Part shown: positions 40,813 to 54,902 of the stretch, piece after piece
Position numbering within the stretch: position 1 is the first letter of the stretch
Layout of the letters: every line of letters starts with the position of its first letter
NCBI RefSeq assembly: GCF_006345805.1
Contig: NC_043003.1
Location: 52,080,001-52,144,000 of the forward strand
Reading direction: 5' to 3'
DNA: 64,000 bases
Source of the DNA: Octopus sinensis
Taxonomy: Eukaryota
Translations under genes and position numbers: made by a program
Notes under the pieces: generated by a model
Database searches by the model: none
Seen by the model: only the letters and a program-made list of their open reading frames with translations
Told to the model about the DNA's origin: nothing

Positions 40813-42984
40813 CTCATAAACAATATTCATGCTATTTGAGAATGTAAGTCAAAGTTAACTTTCTCAAAGTTATCTACAAAACGTAAGTGGTTAAGAAAAA
40901 TAAAATGTAACAGAGACGCGAATAGCAATAGAAAAAAGTTCTACATCATCATTATGTCAGGCCTCATTCTGGATCACAAAATGTACGGAGCCGTTCATCA
41001 CCGTAACTTATACTAACAGTCTTGGGTCACAGATCAGAGATGGAACCTGGTTACATTATAGAATAATTTTCCTACAAAATAGGTATTAGCTTCTTCCTTA
41101 CCGATCCTAATAGCCCTCTAATAGTCCTCTTCAGAGCGCCCTGCCACCGATTGTTGACAACTGCTCTTGTCAACTGCTGCTTTAGCTAAAATGCTAATCC
41201 TATCTCTGTAGGTTTTACGCGCCGAGAACAACGCATTCAGTCTCCTGCTATCGAGTCCCTGTATTTTATATGCGTCGAACGTGCAGATCACAAACTTATG
41301 GTCTGCGTAGCCTACCGGTTTATATTGTAAAAATACTTCTCTATACTCTGTATATTAACCTAACAAATACCCGATCAAGATACGATAGGGATGGTGCGAT
41401 ATGTTACTCCATGTCCGCACTGGCACATTCGGGAAAACTTGTCTGTAATTATCAGACAACTGGAAGCATTTGAGTAGTGGTTTCGTTAGGCGGGAAACGA
41501 TCCGGTGTTTGTGAATGTTGTTGTCGTTGAGTGTATTTCACGGGTATAAAAATGCTGATCAGTATTTTCATTTGTATTACTGTTCTTGTCGATACTTCTG
41601 TTTATTATATAAATATCGCTATCATTATTTTTGTAACTATTATTACAAATGGTTGATTGATTAATATGTAATTAATCAACTACACTTAATGATTTGTTAT
41701 TGCTTTTCATTTTCTTTAGTTTTCCTTACTAATTGGTATACCCAATTTATACACTGTTTGCATACCTTCAGTGAAAATCCCGTCTCATCCTCCCTACCCG
41801 TCTAAAAACACTCTCCAAGGCTGTCTGTGGTCCACTACTGACCTCATTTAACCATATAACTCCCTCATTTTCCTTCCTAACATTCTTACCCCTTCCCTTG
41901 TCTTATTCCCCACCCTTATACTAGCTTCCCCTCTACCACACCTTCATGTCTTCTCCTTCTTACTTCATATCTTCTTCCTCTCTAGCCCACCCTTGTAGTC
42001 ATCTCTCCCTTTTCTACTGCTACTTACATATTCAAAACATCCTTGAACTTTCTCTCTATCTATGACTTAGACCCCGTATTCATAGCAATTCTTCCTTGTC
42101 TTATTTTTCCGCCTGTTCTTGTGCATTCACTGACCCCATAATCTCGCACTTTTTTCTTACTATTTATATTGCTCGACTTGGTCTTTCATTCTTTCGGGGT
42201 CGATAAATTAAGCACCAGTGAAACACTAGGATTGATGTAATCGATAGTCCCCTCTCTGCAAATTTCAGGCTTTGTGCCTTTAATAGAAAGGATTATCATA
42301 GTTGTTCTATATTGACATTAATATTAATATTATTGTACTATTATTATCATCTCAACCATTATTATTTTTAGAATCGTAACAACGCCAGTTAAAATGCCTT
42401 GTGCAGTATTTGTTCATGTTCTTTATGCTCTGTGTTCAGATACCACCAAGGTCAACTTTACATTTCATCCCTCGGGATCAATAAAGTAAATGACTAGTCC
42501 TTGCTCCTCAAATTGGTCTTATGCCCAAATCAAAAACGAAATTATTATTTTGATTTTTGATTTTTCCAGTTTCAGCTTATGAGCTGAGGCCATGCTGGGG
42601 CACCGCCATTTATTGTTGGTATTGTTTTTTTTTTTGTTTGTTTGTTTTTTGTTAGACTGGCGAGCTGACCGAATCATGAGAGCCCCGGGAAACATGTCTT
42701 GCAATACTTCACATTCTGAGTTCGAACCCCGCTGAGATCAACTTTTCTCTTCATCTATCCAAATTGAAAGGCAAAATTAACCAGCAATTTTAAAGGATTG
42801 AGTTGGTCGATTCAATCGACTAGTACAACCCACTGCCCCAGTTGCTAGTCTTGTGTTTAAATGAGAAACAATTATTTGTATAACTATTTTTGCCACACCA
42901 GTTATCTCTACTTACCCCACTGCTCTAATCACGAATCCTTCGCAGAGCTCTATCAATACATTTGCCTCTAAAATTTCTTTTTTA

Positions 42985-43549
42985 TTGGGTTGTCCGGAAA
43001 GTTCATGCCGATTTATAGTAGCTTACATTTCGATTTATTTTAGAACATGTTTGAGTCCATAAAATAGGATTTGACTACACCTTCATTTAGAGCACAGTTT
43101 AAGCTATCTTTTCGTGGAAGAAGGTTTATGTTCCTATAACCTGTGTTAATTCTATAACCCTTTAAAATGGAAGATAAGAAAGTTCATTTTCAGCACTTGA
43201 TGCTTTGGGAACCAGACAAAAATTGCTGCAGCTCAGCTGGGATGTGTTGCCCCACCCTCTATATTCACCAGATATTGCTTCTTCGGATTTCCACTTATTC
43301 AGGTCTCTGCAGAATAGTTTAATGGTAAAAATTTCAATTCCTTGGATGACGTAAAAAGATACCTTGATGAATTCTTTGTCACGAAACCCCCTCAATTCTG
43401 GGAAGAGGATATTTTCAAGTTAAAGGAAAGGTGGAGACGCATTGTGCAACAAAATGGTTCATTCTTGGTTGATTAAAAATGTGATGGCAAGTATCTATTG
43501 ACCTTTTTCTTTCCTTTAAAAATCGGCACGAACTTTCCGGACAACCCAT
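42985..43549 (+). mobile_element. Internally deleted mariner element
   Basis: TA-flanked ~29-bp TIRs TTGGGTTGTCCGGAAAGTTCATGCCGATTT and AAATCGGCACGAACTTTCCGGACAACCCAT. Putative N-terminus MEDKKVHFQHLMLW (43167) is fused out of frame to WDVLPHPLYSPDIASSDFHLFRSL..ERWRRIVQQNG. Confidence 0.93.
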
Positions 43550-43653
43550 TATTTTTGCAGTCAGCCCATCCCGACTCGATGAACACAGATGGTCTACTGC
43601 TTGTGTTGTCTTTGCAAAATGCCATCGTTGGTTGCTTGAAGGTGGGATGCAAT

Positions 43654-44037
43654 CAGCGCTGGATTAACCATTAAGTAAAATAAGCACGTGCTTAGGGCAT
43701 CAAGGTAAATGGTTTACGGCACAAAAGAAATCCCGTTAAATGATATTCAGAAGGCCTTTATCTCTACTAAGTATAGATGTTGTACCTAAGATTAATTTTG
43801 AGGATCTGATCAAAGACTTTTCAATACAAAAAAGTAAGAGGAAACTTTTCAAATATAAATAAAGTGGAAGTATACAAAAATAAACATTATTTTCCCTCTT
43901 ACTATTTTGTTTCGTCTTGAAAAATAAGAAATTGTTTTATGATTTGTTATTGTTTATATTTTGAATTACATAATCTTTTATGGGGCATCAAAATCTTTTA
44001 AGTGCTTAGGACCTCGATGGGTCTTAATTCGACCCTA
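43654..44037 (+). mobile_element. Non-autonomous hAT element with 8-bp TSD
   Basis: TSD GATGCAAT/GATGCAGT, termini CAGCGCTGGATTAA and TTAATTCGACCCTA, and an INFEDLIKDFS..K remnant resembling a hAT C-terminus. Confidence 0.78.
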
Positions 44038-44049
44038 GATGCAGTCTAT

Positions 44050-44335
44050 CTAGCATTCACAGAAAGTTACAGGTTGTTTATGGAGATGACACCATCGACA
44101 AAAGCAATATGCATAGATGGATGAAGTTCAGTGAAAAGAAACCAGCAATGAGGATTCGAGAGTTGAGTTCAACGATGACGCGATGCATCGCTTGTGATGG
44201 AAACTGTTCAGAAGTATATTCGTACAGAGAAAGAGTTACTCAACCAACACGTGCAATTTGAACGACCTCTGTCAATTAATAAAAAAAAAAAGTTATGCCT
44301 ATTTTTGTATTACTTAAGTCTCGCACACATACGCT
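44050..44335 (+). mobile_element. Decayed mariner fragment
   Basis: IHRKLQVVYGDDTIDKSNMHRWMKF resembles the mariner N-terminal HTH region. Confidence 0.55.
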
Positions 44336-44445
44336 GTGTAAGAAAGGCTTCACTTAAGCATTTGACAATCGAAATATACTATCACATTACACTTCCCTAA
44401 ACATGTGTATACACACAGACATACAGGAAGACATACACACGCACA

Positions 44446-44478
<33 letters not shown>

Positions 44479-45089
44479 ACTCCCCACCACATACACATAA
44501 TCTCCCATACATTCACACTCAAAATTGACAACTTAATCCAAGCTAATTTAATGCCATTCACCACTATGATGCCCTAATGTCTTTCTAACTAGCCGAGTAT
44601 AAGGAAATTATGGGATATGTCATAGATAAGATACGAGTATTACTTGGTGACTGTTCATGAGGATGGGGGTGAGGCTTGGAGGCGCTTCGGTGGTAGGAGA
44701 AGGTGAACCGTGTTGGTTATTTAGGGGTAACAGAGTCAAGGGTAATGGTGACAATGTGGGTGATGTATAGGTAGTAATAATTGTAGTGGTGGTGATAGGG
44801 ATAACAAAGTTATGGTGGTAGTGATGATGGTTGTGGCGATGTTAGTGACCATAGTGGTACTGTGGTGGTGTTGTTGTTGTTGGTGGTGGTCGTGGTGGTC
44901 GTCGTCGTGTTGATGTCAATTGCGCGATGGTAATGGTAACTATAGTGATCGCGGCGTGGTATATCGGCAGTTGAGGTAATAGTGATGTCAGTGTTGATGG
45001 TAGTAATGGTATTGATGGTGGTATGATTAGGATCTTCTACATTTTACCTTTTACTTGTTTCAGTCATTAGATCGTGGACGTGCTAGCCA

Positions 45090-45650
45090 TAAATACATAT
45101 ATATATGCATACACACACACACACAAACATGCACGGACACACCCAGACATACATACATACACCTATATACACACGCCCACACACCTACATACACACACAT
45201 ATACACACGCCCACACACCTACATACACACACATACATACACACACATACACGGACACACCCATACATACTTACATACATACACCTATACACACACGCCT
45301 ACACACCTACATACACACACATGCATACACACACACACATGTACGCACATACACACACATATACGCACATACATATATACCCACACACATGCACACACAC
45401 ACACATACGCACATGCATGCATGCACACGCGCACACCTACACGCATACACACACACACACGCACGTACACATACATACATACACACACGCATACATACAC
45501 CCATACACATACATGCATCCTACACACACATACATACACACTCACACGTACATACACACACACACACACTCACTCACACACCTGTATGCACGCGCACACA
45601 CATGCACATACACACACTTCCACACACCCACACGTACATACATACACACT

Positions 45651-45681
<31 letters not shown>

Positions 45682-45860
45682 GGACATACATCTATGCACA
45701 CACATATATACACACATACTCACATACACTCATCGGACACACTGACACCCAGACATACACACAGACACACTCACACATCCACACACATACATACTTACGC
45801 GCATACTCGCAGGCGCGCGCACACACGCGCTTGCGCCGGTTCGCGCACGCATACGCGCCG
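45090..45860. repeat. Degenerate (CA)/(CATA)-rich cryptic repeat
   Basis: Seen directly. It produces the spurious HT-rich ORFs. Confidence 0.9.
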
Positions 45861-46532
45861 CATGCACCTCGCTCTTGGACCCGACGAGACCTCCCGCTCG
45901 TTCCTGGGACCGTCGCTTGTCGTTGGTTTTCCCACGCCCGTCTCCGCGGGACCACTCTTCCATCTTCCCCTCAGCTGGAGTCCTTTTTCCTTAACCCCCC
46001 TTTTTTGTTACACACGCGCGCACAATATACACACATTGCTTAAATATATACATTACTCTTACACACATTCAATCTACTCGCCATTAATACTACCACGACA
46101 CTGGACACACACACACACTACTACTCAACACACGCTGGCACGCTACATACGCCCCCACCCCTTCCCCTCCCTCCCTTCCTCCTTCCTTCTTTTTCTTACT
46201 ACTGACCATTGTCTGCTATGCCTACCACTGTCTCGCCCTACCTCACACGCCTACACACAGACGCACACACCACTAACAAATACATATATTTTTTGTTTTT
46301 TTATCTCGCCTCACACACACACATACACACACGCACACGCACACACTCACACATACACACACATCTGTTGCGTTACCAACCTTGTCTCCATCTTTGGCTT
46401 TTAAAAACCTACTTTGCTCTTGTTATCGTAAACTTCCGCCTTTCACCATGTGTAACTCGTAAACACCAGTCGTTTTTTTCTCTATCCCTGTTGCCCGCTT
46501 TGGGATTCTTTCTTTCCTCTCTCTCCTTCTTT

Positions 46533-46568
46533 ATGTTCCGACGAAGAGCTCCGCTCGAAACGTCATAC
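46533..46568 (+). ncRNA. Hammerhead-like motif (CCGACGA core)
   Basis: CCGACGA-A-GAGC-TCC-GCTC-GAAA-CG-TC. Stem I is poor. (TA)n lies ~100 bp downstream. Confidence 0.5.
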
Positions 46569-46686
46569 CCTCCTGCTTCCATTTCCTGAGCGCCTATTAT
46601 AATAATACTGTAATTGTTCCATTGTTGTTGTTTTTTTGTTTTCCCGTTTGGAATTAAAATTATATATATATATATATATATATTAT

Positions 46687-46921
46687 TTCTTTTATTCTTT
46701 TATTTGTGTCAGTCATTTGACTGCGGCATGCTGAAGCACCGGCTTTAGTCGAGCAAATCGACCCCAGGACTTACTCTTTGTAAGCCTAGTACTTATTCTA
46801 TCGGTCTCTCTTGCCGAACCGCTAAGCGATGGGGACGTAAACACAGCAGCATCGGTTGTCAAGCGATGTTCGGGGGACAAACACAGACACACAAACATAT
46901 ACATACACACGCACACACACG

Positions 46922-46989
<68 letters not shown>

Positions 46990-46990
46990 A

Positions 46991-47024
<34 letters not shown>

Positions 47025-47180
47025 CGACGGGCTTCTTTCAGTTTCCGTCTACAACATCAACTCACAAGGCTTTGGTTGGCCCGAGGCTATAGTAGAAGAC
47101 ACTTGCCCATGGTGCCACGCAGTGGGACTGAACCCAGAACCATGTGGGTTGGTAAGCAAGCTACTTACCACACAGCCATT
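46687..47180 (-). mobile_element. tRNA-derived SINE family C with internal (TA)/(TG) microsatellite
   Basis: Minus strand TGGCTGTGTGGTAAG A-box, GGGTTCAGTCCC B-box, GGGCAAGTGTCTTCTACTATAGCC body and AATAAAAG-repeat tail. Partial copies at 7366-7570, 8530-8640, 49250-49365 and 57425-57570. Confidence 0.85.
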
Positions 47181-47305
47181 CATATATATACATCTTATAA
47201 TTAATTTATAAGATGTTTATACTTCAACCGTAAAGGTTTTTTTAATATACTGCACGCTTTTTGATGGAATCCTTTTCTGTAGAGAAGGGACTTCATCCTA
47301 TATTG

Positions 47306-47384
<79 letters not shown>

Positions 47385-47413
47385 TATAATATGTGAAATT
47401 ATTCGGTTACCAT

Positions 47414-47474
47414 GATAAAACTCCGAGTTTGGGATGTCGGGGCGGAAACCTGCACCGGCATCTCTTCAGTTATC
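47414..47474 (-). ncRNA. Hammerhead motif with one core substitution
   Basis: Minus strand GATAA-CTGAAGA-GATGCCGG..CCGACATCC-CAAA-CTCGGAG-TT-TTATC. All three stems pair; GAAA is mutated to CAAA. The element is an island between (TA)n tracts. Confidence 0.65.
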
Positions 47475-47608
47475 GAGGCAATTAAAATATGCTATGAAAA
47501 TGGCCGTTTAACAAAGGAAATTCCTCTATTTATATAATATCCAGGTCTCTTTTATTCTATTATTGCCTTACCATTACTATTAATATATATATAGAGATAT
47601 ATATATAT

Positions 47609-47678
<70 letters not shown>

Positions 47679-47701
47679 ATATATATATTATATATATATA
47701 C

Positions 47702-47789
<88 letters not shown>

Positions 47790-49637
47790 GTGTATATATA
47801 TATATATATATTCTTGGAAATGGATGCGTCGCGTTCAATTGAATAATAAATAATATATAATATAGTAGTGTGTGTGTGTGTATGTATGTATGTATGTATG
47901 TATGTATGTATGTATGTATGTATGTATGTATGTATAGTTTACTGAAACTGAATGTTCATCTTGCAACTCAAGTTTTACGCCATTTCGATCTTTAGGTGAG
48001 AAATGTTACAACTTGGTTTTAGTGATATATTCATATTCATTCGTGTGGATAAATATAAATATCTCTGTTTGCTCATTCCTTCCGTATTCCATTTACTGAC
48101 TGGCTTGTTTTGCTTCATCATTGTTTTTTTTCTGTCATGTTAATTATATTTCTCGTGTTTGTTTATGAGACAGCGTGTCGTTAATTTCATTATTCGTTCT
48201 AGGTTTATCTGTTAATTTAGTTAAGATTGTTCTTATGTAATTGTTTTTTTTTTATATGTGTGTTGCTGTAGGTTTGTTAAGGCTTGTTTTTCTGCTTTGC
48301 GTAATTTGTACCACGTGCTTAATTTGGGTCGGCTGTTCGTGGATTCGGTTCTTACCAGTATTTTCTTTTTGTTCTGAGCATGTATATGTGGGTTGCCCCG
48401 GTAAAATAATCCTACCTCCTATTTGGAGGTAGACGTATTTTTGAGAGGGATTTATTATGGTATCTGCGGTGTGTTATGATTTAATACTGCTTCTTTAGGT
48501 TGCTTGTTTTGCATGATAACGTGTATCTTCTTATGGTGCAGAGCAGACGGATACCAGGACTATTCATGTGTGATGGAACGCGGTCTAGTATTTTCCAGTA
48601 GAAAATAGCTTATTTGTCGTAATCTATTTAACATCACATTTGAAGGCAACGCTAGTTGAAACAGGTTCGTAGCACGCAAAATATTCGTTGGGAGTCAACT
48701 ACAGTTATCTCCCCTATCGAATGTCCTCGAACATTCCAAATGAACATCGGTCAATCCCCTCTTTGCTAGCATGCAATGCATAACTGCAAAACGACACACA
48801 GGAGGGCATTAGAAGCATATCGCCTACTGAAGAGCGTGTTCCAATTGAATTTTTCTCTTATTCTCTAAGTCAGGAAAAGGTCAACTTCGGAGAGAGAGTC
48901 AGGCACACGTATTCGATATCCTGCCCTACCACCAACTCGCTATGGTATTCTACGCCTAGTGCCTGTCTGAAAGTATTTTTTGTAGTTTGAATTCCTATTT
49001 TCTCACTGTCATCGAGGAACATGACAAGATAGATGTTCAGAACCTTGTTCCCCCAGATAACTTTATTGAACATTCTGTACTCACATTATGAGTTCGTTTG
49101 TTACGCATCTGAATAAAACCTTGGATACGAAGTTGTTCACGCACAGACACGTGTGTTGTTGTCACTGTACCAGAGGCATTTCACAGCCGTTGGATTAATG
49201 ACTCAATCCAGTCATTAAAGTATTGACGTCTTCATTAGAGACTTCCCTCGATAGAATAAGTACTAGGCTTACAACTAATAAGTCCTGGGGCCGATTTGCT
49301 CGACTAAAGGCGGTGCTCCAGCATGGCCACAGTCAAATGATTGAAACAAGTAAAAGCGTAAAGAGGAAAGAGAATGAATGAACGAATCAGTCAATCAATC
49401 AATCAATCGAACCATGAATCAATCGGTCATTCAATCAGTCGATTAATTTTCTATTAAATCTAATGAGAATGGAAACAGAAATCATAGCTTGTATGTGCTT
49501 TCTTGAGAAGGATAAAGCGTAGGTGGTTGATGCTTCGAGAGGCAAAATGAGCCGAGTCAGAACAGAGGGGGGGTGTTTTCAGTCAAAGACGTATGTATAA
49601 AGGCTTAAAGAAATTAATGGGAGAGAGAGAGAAAGAA

Positions 49638-49672
<35 letters not shown>

Positions 49673-49783
49673 AGAGACCGGGAGATGAAAGGTCTAGAGG
49701 CAAGAAGTAAAGCTGCAATGTATAGAGGGACGTGTAGAGAGGTAGAAGAGAAGAGATTGCAATTACAAGTGAGATGGATAAAC

Positions 49784-49891
<108 letters not shown>

Positions 49892-50014
49892 TTGGAAGGA
49901 AGGAAGTGCACGGTGAAGAGATGTAGTAAGAATGTAATAGCAAGACTGAAATGACTTGGACATGTGTATATGTGAGGGAGTATCTGTGTGTGCACACTTA
50001 TGTGTGTGTGTTCG

Positions 50015-50092
<78 letters not shown>

Positions 50093-51069
50093 GTGGAAAG
50101 AGTGAGTATGAGAGAGAGAGAGAGAGTATGAGAGAGAAGAGGGGAGTTAAGGCGTTGACAGACTATGAAAAACTTTTGCTTGGCAAATGGCGCCACACAC
50201 TGTCAGACAACGTTGTATATCTGATATGGCTCACCTCAAGCTGACCACACGCAATCAGCTACCTTAATATTTACATTACTTAACTCTCTCATTCTCTCTT
50301 TCTCTCTCCCACTCGCATACACATATATACGCACATTCACATTTACACTTAAGAAAGAAAGAATTACTCTAACAACAAACAATAACCATTTGTCTATATA
50401 TATATATACACACATTGGGTGTTCGGGATAAATTTGACAGTCTGCATAAAAGGAAAAGAAAACACAATATTCCATACAAAAATAAAAAATATTTTTAAAA
50501 ATCGAAAGATATCAACTAGATTGTGGATGGGAGATGAAAGTTTATTCAAATAGCTGCCCTCAGTTTCCATCTCGGCTTCAAGACGGCTCCAGAAAAAAAG
50601 GAGACATAAAAATTGTCAAATTTAGCCCGAACACACTGTAAGTACGCGCGCGCGCACACACATACACACACATATAGATACGCACATGTACACTGACAGA
50701 GACTCACGCACATACGTACACATACACTCATACACATACACAAACACAAACACACATAGATTCGTGCATGCACACTGACACAGAGACCACGCACACCCCT
50801 CTTCCCTCTTTCTCCCTCCCTCTTCCCCTTCCCTCTGCTCCCTCACTCCCTCTCTCCCCTTCTCTCTCCCCCTCTCCCTCTTTCCTCCTTCATCCCCCTC
50901 CTCCCCTTCCTTCTCCCCCATCCTCTCCTCTTCCCCTTCTCCTCCCCCTCTTCTTCCCCTCCCCTTCTCTCCCCCCTCTTCTCCCCCTCCCCCTCTTCTC
51001 CTCACTACACCACATGACTTTACACATCACATCACATATGATGTGCCATACTAATACACACACCAACTA

Positions 51070-51375
51070 ATACATACTAATACGTACTAATACATACTAG
51101 TACATACTAATACTTACACCAACCCTATACATACACACGTCCAGACCCCGCATACGCACTTATACTCTCTCTCACACACACACACCTATACATACCAATA
51201 CGTACTAATACATACTAATACATACTAATACATACACCAACCCCATACATACGCACGTCCAGACCAATCCTACGCACTAATACTCTCTCATACCAACACA
51301 CACACACACACCTATACATACTAATACATACACCAACCCTATACATACACACATCCAGACCCCTCCCACGCACTT
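51070..51375. repeat. Minisatellite with ~115 bp period built on ACATACTAAT subrepeats
   Basis: ACACCAACCCYATACATACRCACRTCCAGACC recurs at ~51116, ~51234 and ~51330. Confidence 0.8.
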
Positions 51376-51544
51376 TTAGCTGGTCCCTCAACCCTTTTAT
51401 CACCCTATTATCTCCCCTTATTTCGCTCTCGCGTCTCATGTTTGATCTTTGACCTCTGGCCAAAATCAGATCGCCATGTTGATTCGTTCTACTGCACGCA
51501 TTTTTTTTTCTCTCCTCTTTCTGTGTTTTTCTCTCTCTGTGTAT

Positions 51545-51581
51545 CTTTCTGTTGAAGAGCGTAGGCTCGAAACGTTAAGAC
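51545..51581 (+). ncRNA. Hammerhead-like motif (GAGC-GTAG-GCTC family)
   Basis: CTTT-CTGTTGA-A-GAGCGTAGGCTC-GAAA-CG-TT-AAGA. Confidence 0.5.
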
Positions 51582-51812
51582 TGTTTTATTTATATTTCCT
51601 GAGCGCCATACTAATACAATTGTTCGTTTGTTTTCCACCTGCCTTCGTCTTTTGTTTATTTTCATAAAGCTTCCCGATATATATATAGGTTTACTATGTA
51701 ATCGAGCGAGCATTCGGGCATTTTTGCCTTAAGTGCTTCTCTTATTTTACGTATTTATTTAATTTATATTTGATTTTTCTTGTCTTTGCTCGGTTCTTTC
51801 CGCGGTACTTCT

Positions 51813-51849
51813 ATATTCTGATGATGGAATATGTCCGAAGCGTCATAAT
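51813..51849 (+). ncRNA. Degenerate hammerhead-like motif
   Basis: CTGATGA-T-GGA-ATATG-TCC-GAAG-CG-TC. The following tail (TTTCTTTACTTCTCCGAGTGTCAAACTAAT) resembles the tail at 15-45. Confidence 0.45.
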
Positions 51850-52059
51850 TAAATTTCTTTACTTCTCCGAGTGTCAAACTAATTTTTTTATTGTAAGCCT
51901 CGTTCGTTGCTTGTCTTTACACTCTCTTTCTCTATATGCGTGTGTGTCTGTGAGTGTGTGTGTGGGGGGGGGCGTGTGTGCGTGTGTGTATGTGTGTGAA
52001 AATACCAGTTATAATTTAAGATTGTATGCAATTGCTTTTAGAAAAATAATTTTGGGGCT

Positions 52060-53710
52060 TGGATCATGTTTTTCCATGACATTTTTTATACTCAGGTTCA
52101 TATTTCTCCATGTTTTTCTTTTGGCTTGATTCTTCTCCTTGCATAAACTTCTGCAGTTTGGCACTGGCAAACCTTTCTTCACATTTAATCACATCAATAA
52201 GTTTCCAGATATTTGGAAGACTAATATTCACTGTATTTTTCAGCTCGTTGTGGTAGGCTTCTAACTATTTGTAGAACAAACAATTCCCGTTATACATCGA
52301 TCCCAATCATTCCACATAGGTAATGGAAATGGAGGTTCAAGGCCTCGCCTCTTCTGTCCTCTTCCTCTGGGTGGTCCTATATGAATATTTTCAAAATAAG
52401 ATACAATTGACTGTGGAATATCATCATCATCATCATCAAGTTGTTCATATCTATCTACATCATCAACCGGCAAGAGGGCAAGGGCAACAAAACACCGCAT
52501 TTTTAGGTTAAAACTGTCGTCTTCGTAACATCTACGTTTTAGTCCTTCTTTCACAACATGCTTGTACACATTTTGTCCTAAATGGAGCAAGCAGCATGTT
52601 AAATTCGATTTAGGAAACCATTCCAGAAATCCGTTGTGGGCGGCTTTTTCGAAATTATATCATCAGGTCCCTCATTCTGCAGTAATTCATTTATTTTGGC
52701 AAAATATCTACTATAAGTACCTTGACTTTTGTCAGAGAGCAATGCGATCAATCGTGGAGCATTAAAATTATCAATTTGAATGAGAAGTATATCTAACTGA
52801 AAAAATATACTAAAACAGCACTTACATGTTCCATCTGCTGCTCAGTTCCTGTGCTGTTTTACCTGTCGAAGTGCTTCGTCACTTGCAAATATCAGTGTTC
52901 ACTTTGAATCTTCCATCCCGCTGTCATACTGTAAAAACGTTTCATCATTGTCAAAACAGGAGTATTCACTTGGAATGGAAAACCCAACATTTGTAAGTGG
53001 GGTGGCAAGATAGTTGGAAACAGCTTGCCTCTAACGTCTAATATTCCTATTAAGCTGTGCAAACGGTGGTATTTGCGACAATGTACAGTCGTTTAAATTC
53101 TGAAATTCACTCGAGATAACTGAGTGAGGGGCATCACGAGATGAAATAGACTTTACTTTAATATTTGAAACTATTATCCTTGCACTTACTTCTGCAGCAG
53201 TTGAAGTGTGATTATGGATCCCAATCTTCTTCAGCTCTTTATAATTTTCATCTGTATGAAGTCTTGCCTTGCACACACGATTTTCGCACCTCCATTAGAT
53301 CTTCAATCCATCTGCATTTTGCTTATTTTTTGTGTATATATATATTTTTTTGATAGACCACTTTGATTTTCCCTTTCTTTGAAGTTATGTTGATGGATAG
53401 ACGTATTGAATAAACTTATTTCGATTTGATTGAAAATCTTTGTTCGTAAACTGTTCAGCGCAGATACTTAAGAGAGAGAGACAGAGCCAGAGATAGAGAG
53501 AGACAGAGAGACAGACATATAGGGGGGTAAAGAAAGGAAAAAATCTAACTGTCCAACGACAACTGTAATTGCTCCAAACTTTTCCTCAAAAATCACATTT
53601 AAGAGTATTTTGAGACGAATTGGCCAGCAACGAATTGACCTGCGGATGAATTGATCAACGACAAATTAACCGATGACGAAATAACCGAGGACGAATTGTC
53701 ATAGCAACAT
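52060..53710 (-). mobile_element. Decayed Mutator-superfamily (FLYWCH-MULE, Phantom-like) transposon
   Basis: FLYWCH-like CKARLHT..HNH (53031-53276) and MULE-like C-terminal LHLGQNVYK..FVALALLP..YFE..PPFPLPMWN..TN (52261-52590). Subterminal ~15-bp GACGAATTG-type repeats at 53612-53700. Confidence 0.82.
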
Positions 53711-54004
53711 ACCCAAGAAAGAATACCAAAACCAAAGATATTTAATGTAGCTACTTGGCAAAGTAATTCGTGAAAAAAGATCTCTTTTGAAGCAAGCAAG
53801 AAAAAGATAAATAAATCCTACAAAAGGATGAAAGATACGCAAAAATATATTTAAACAGGCCCTGCTTTGTTATATAATTTATGTGTATCCGACAGAGTGG
53901 CTTCCAGCTAAATATACAATATACATGTTATTACAAAACTCATTTATGATGTTTGATTAAATATACATAGAGAATAGATTGAATTATAAACAGTAGCCAA
54001 CTCA

Positions 54005-54021
54005 AATTATTATTATTATTA

Positions 54022-54085
<64 letters not shown>
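54005..54085. repeat. (ATT)n microsatellite
   Basis: Seen directly. Confidence 0.95.
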
Positions 54086-54086
<1 letters not shown>

Positions 54087-54902
54087 TGACTTTATTTTCC
54101 GAACTTATGAGTGTTGTACTAACATTTAATGTTTGTTCATGCAAAACATGGAATTATGCTGAATATGGGATTTGGCTATACAAGCGTAAAGGAATATACA
54201 TTTTCATGGGACTTAGAAATCTTTTTTATTTTTCAGTGATGTCCGCACCCTCCCCTCTTTTCTTAACTTTCCAATTCTACTTCCTAAAATTGACATCTTA
54301 AAAGGTCACCTAGCCCTTGTGAGAAAATGTGTTTATTTACAAATAGGTTGATAGGTATGCAATGAGAAAGGAAAGAGGAGAAAGTGAAAAAGGAAAACGA
54401 AAGAAAAGAAAAAAATGAAAAATACTTTGTAATGAAATTTCAATGGATTGAACACATCAAATTAAAAAGTAACCTCCCTCCCCCCTCTCTCTCTCTCTCT
54501 CTATCTATCTATTTATCTATCTATCTATCTGTCTTTCTATCCATCCATCTATTTATCAATCTATCTAACCTTTCCCTATCCTTTATTTTTTCATCTTTCT
54601 TGATTGTCTTGAGACCTCTCTTGCTATGTCTATTTTCTGCCCCCTTTTTGGTTTTCTTTCTCTCTTTTCCCTTTTCCAAAACAATAAAAATATTTTTCTC
54701 CCAAACAAAGCAAAAAAAAACATCCGATTCATATAAATGAACAACGAAACGTTTTGTTTTTACCATTTTGATTTTGTCTTGACGAGTTCGATAAACGAAC
54801 GAAAGCGCTAATAAAGAATTATCCAAAATTCTGACTATCTCCTTTTTCTCAATATATAATATCTGTACACCACTTCAAACACTCTATACAAGTATATATA
54901 AT

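Noticed and set aside
45055-46404. 449-aa His/Thr-rich ORF, and similar ORFs at 3266-4159, 8897-9478, 25076-25564 and 31150-31998
   Set aside because: These are translations of CA, TA, TTC and CATA simple repeats that lack stop codons. There is no domain or splice evidence.
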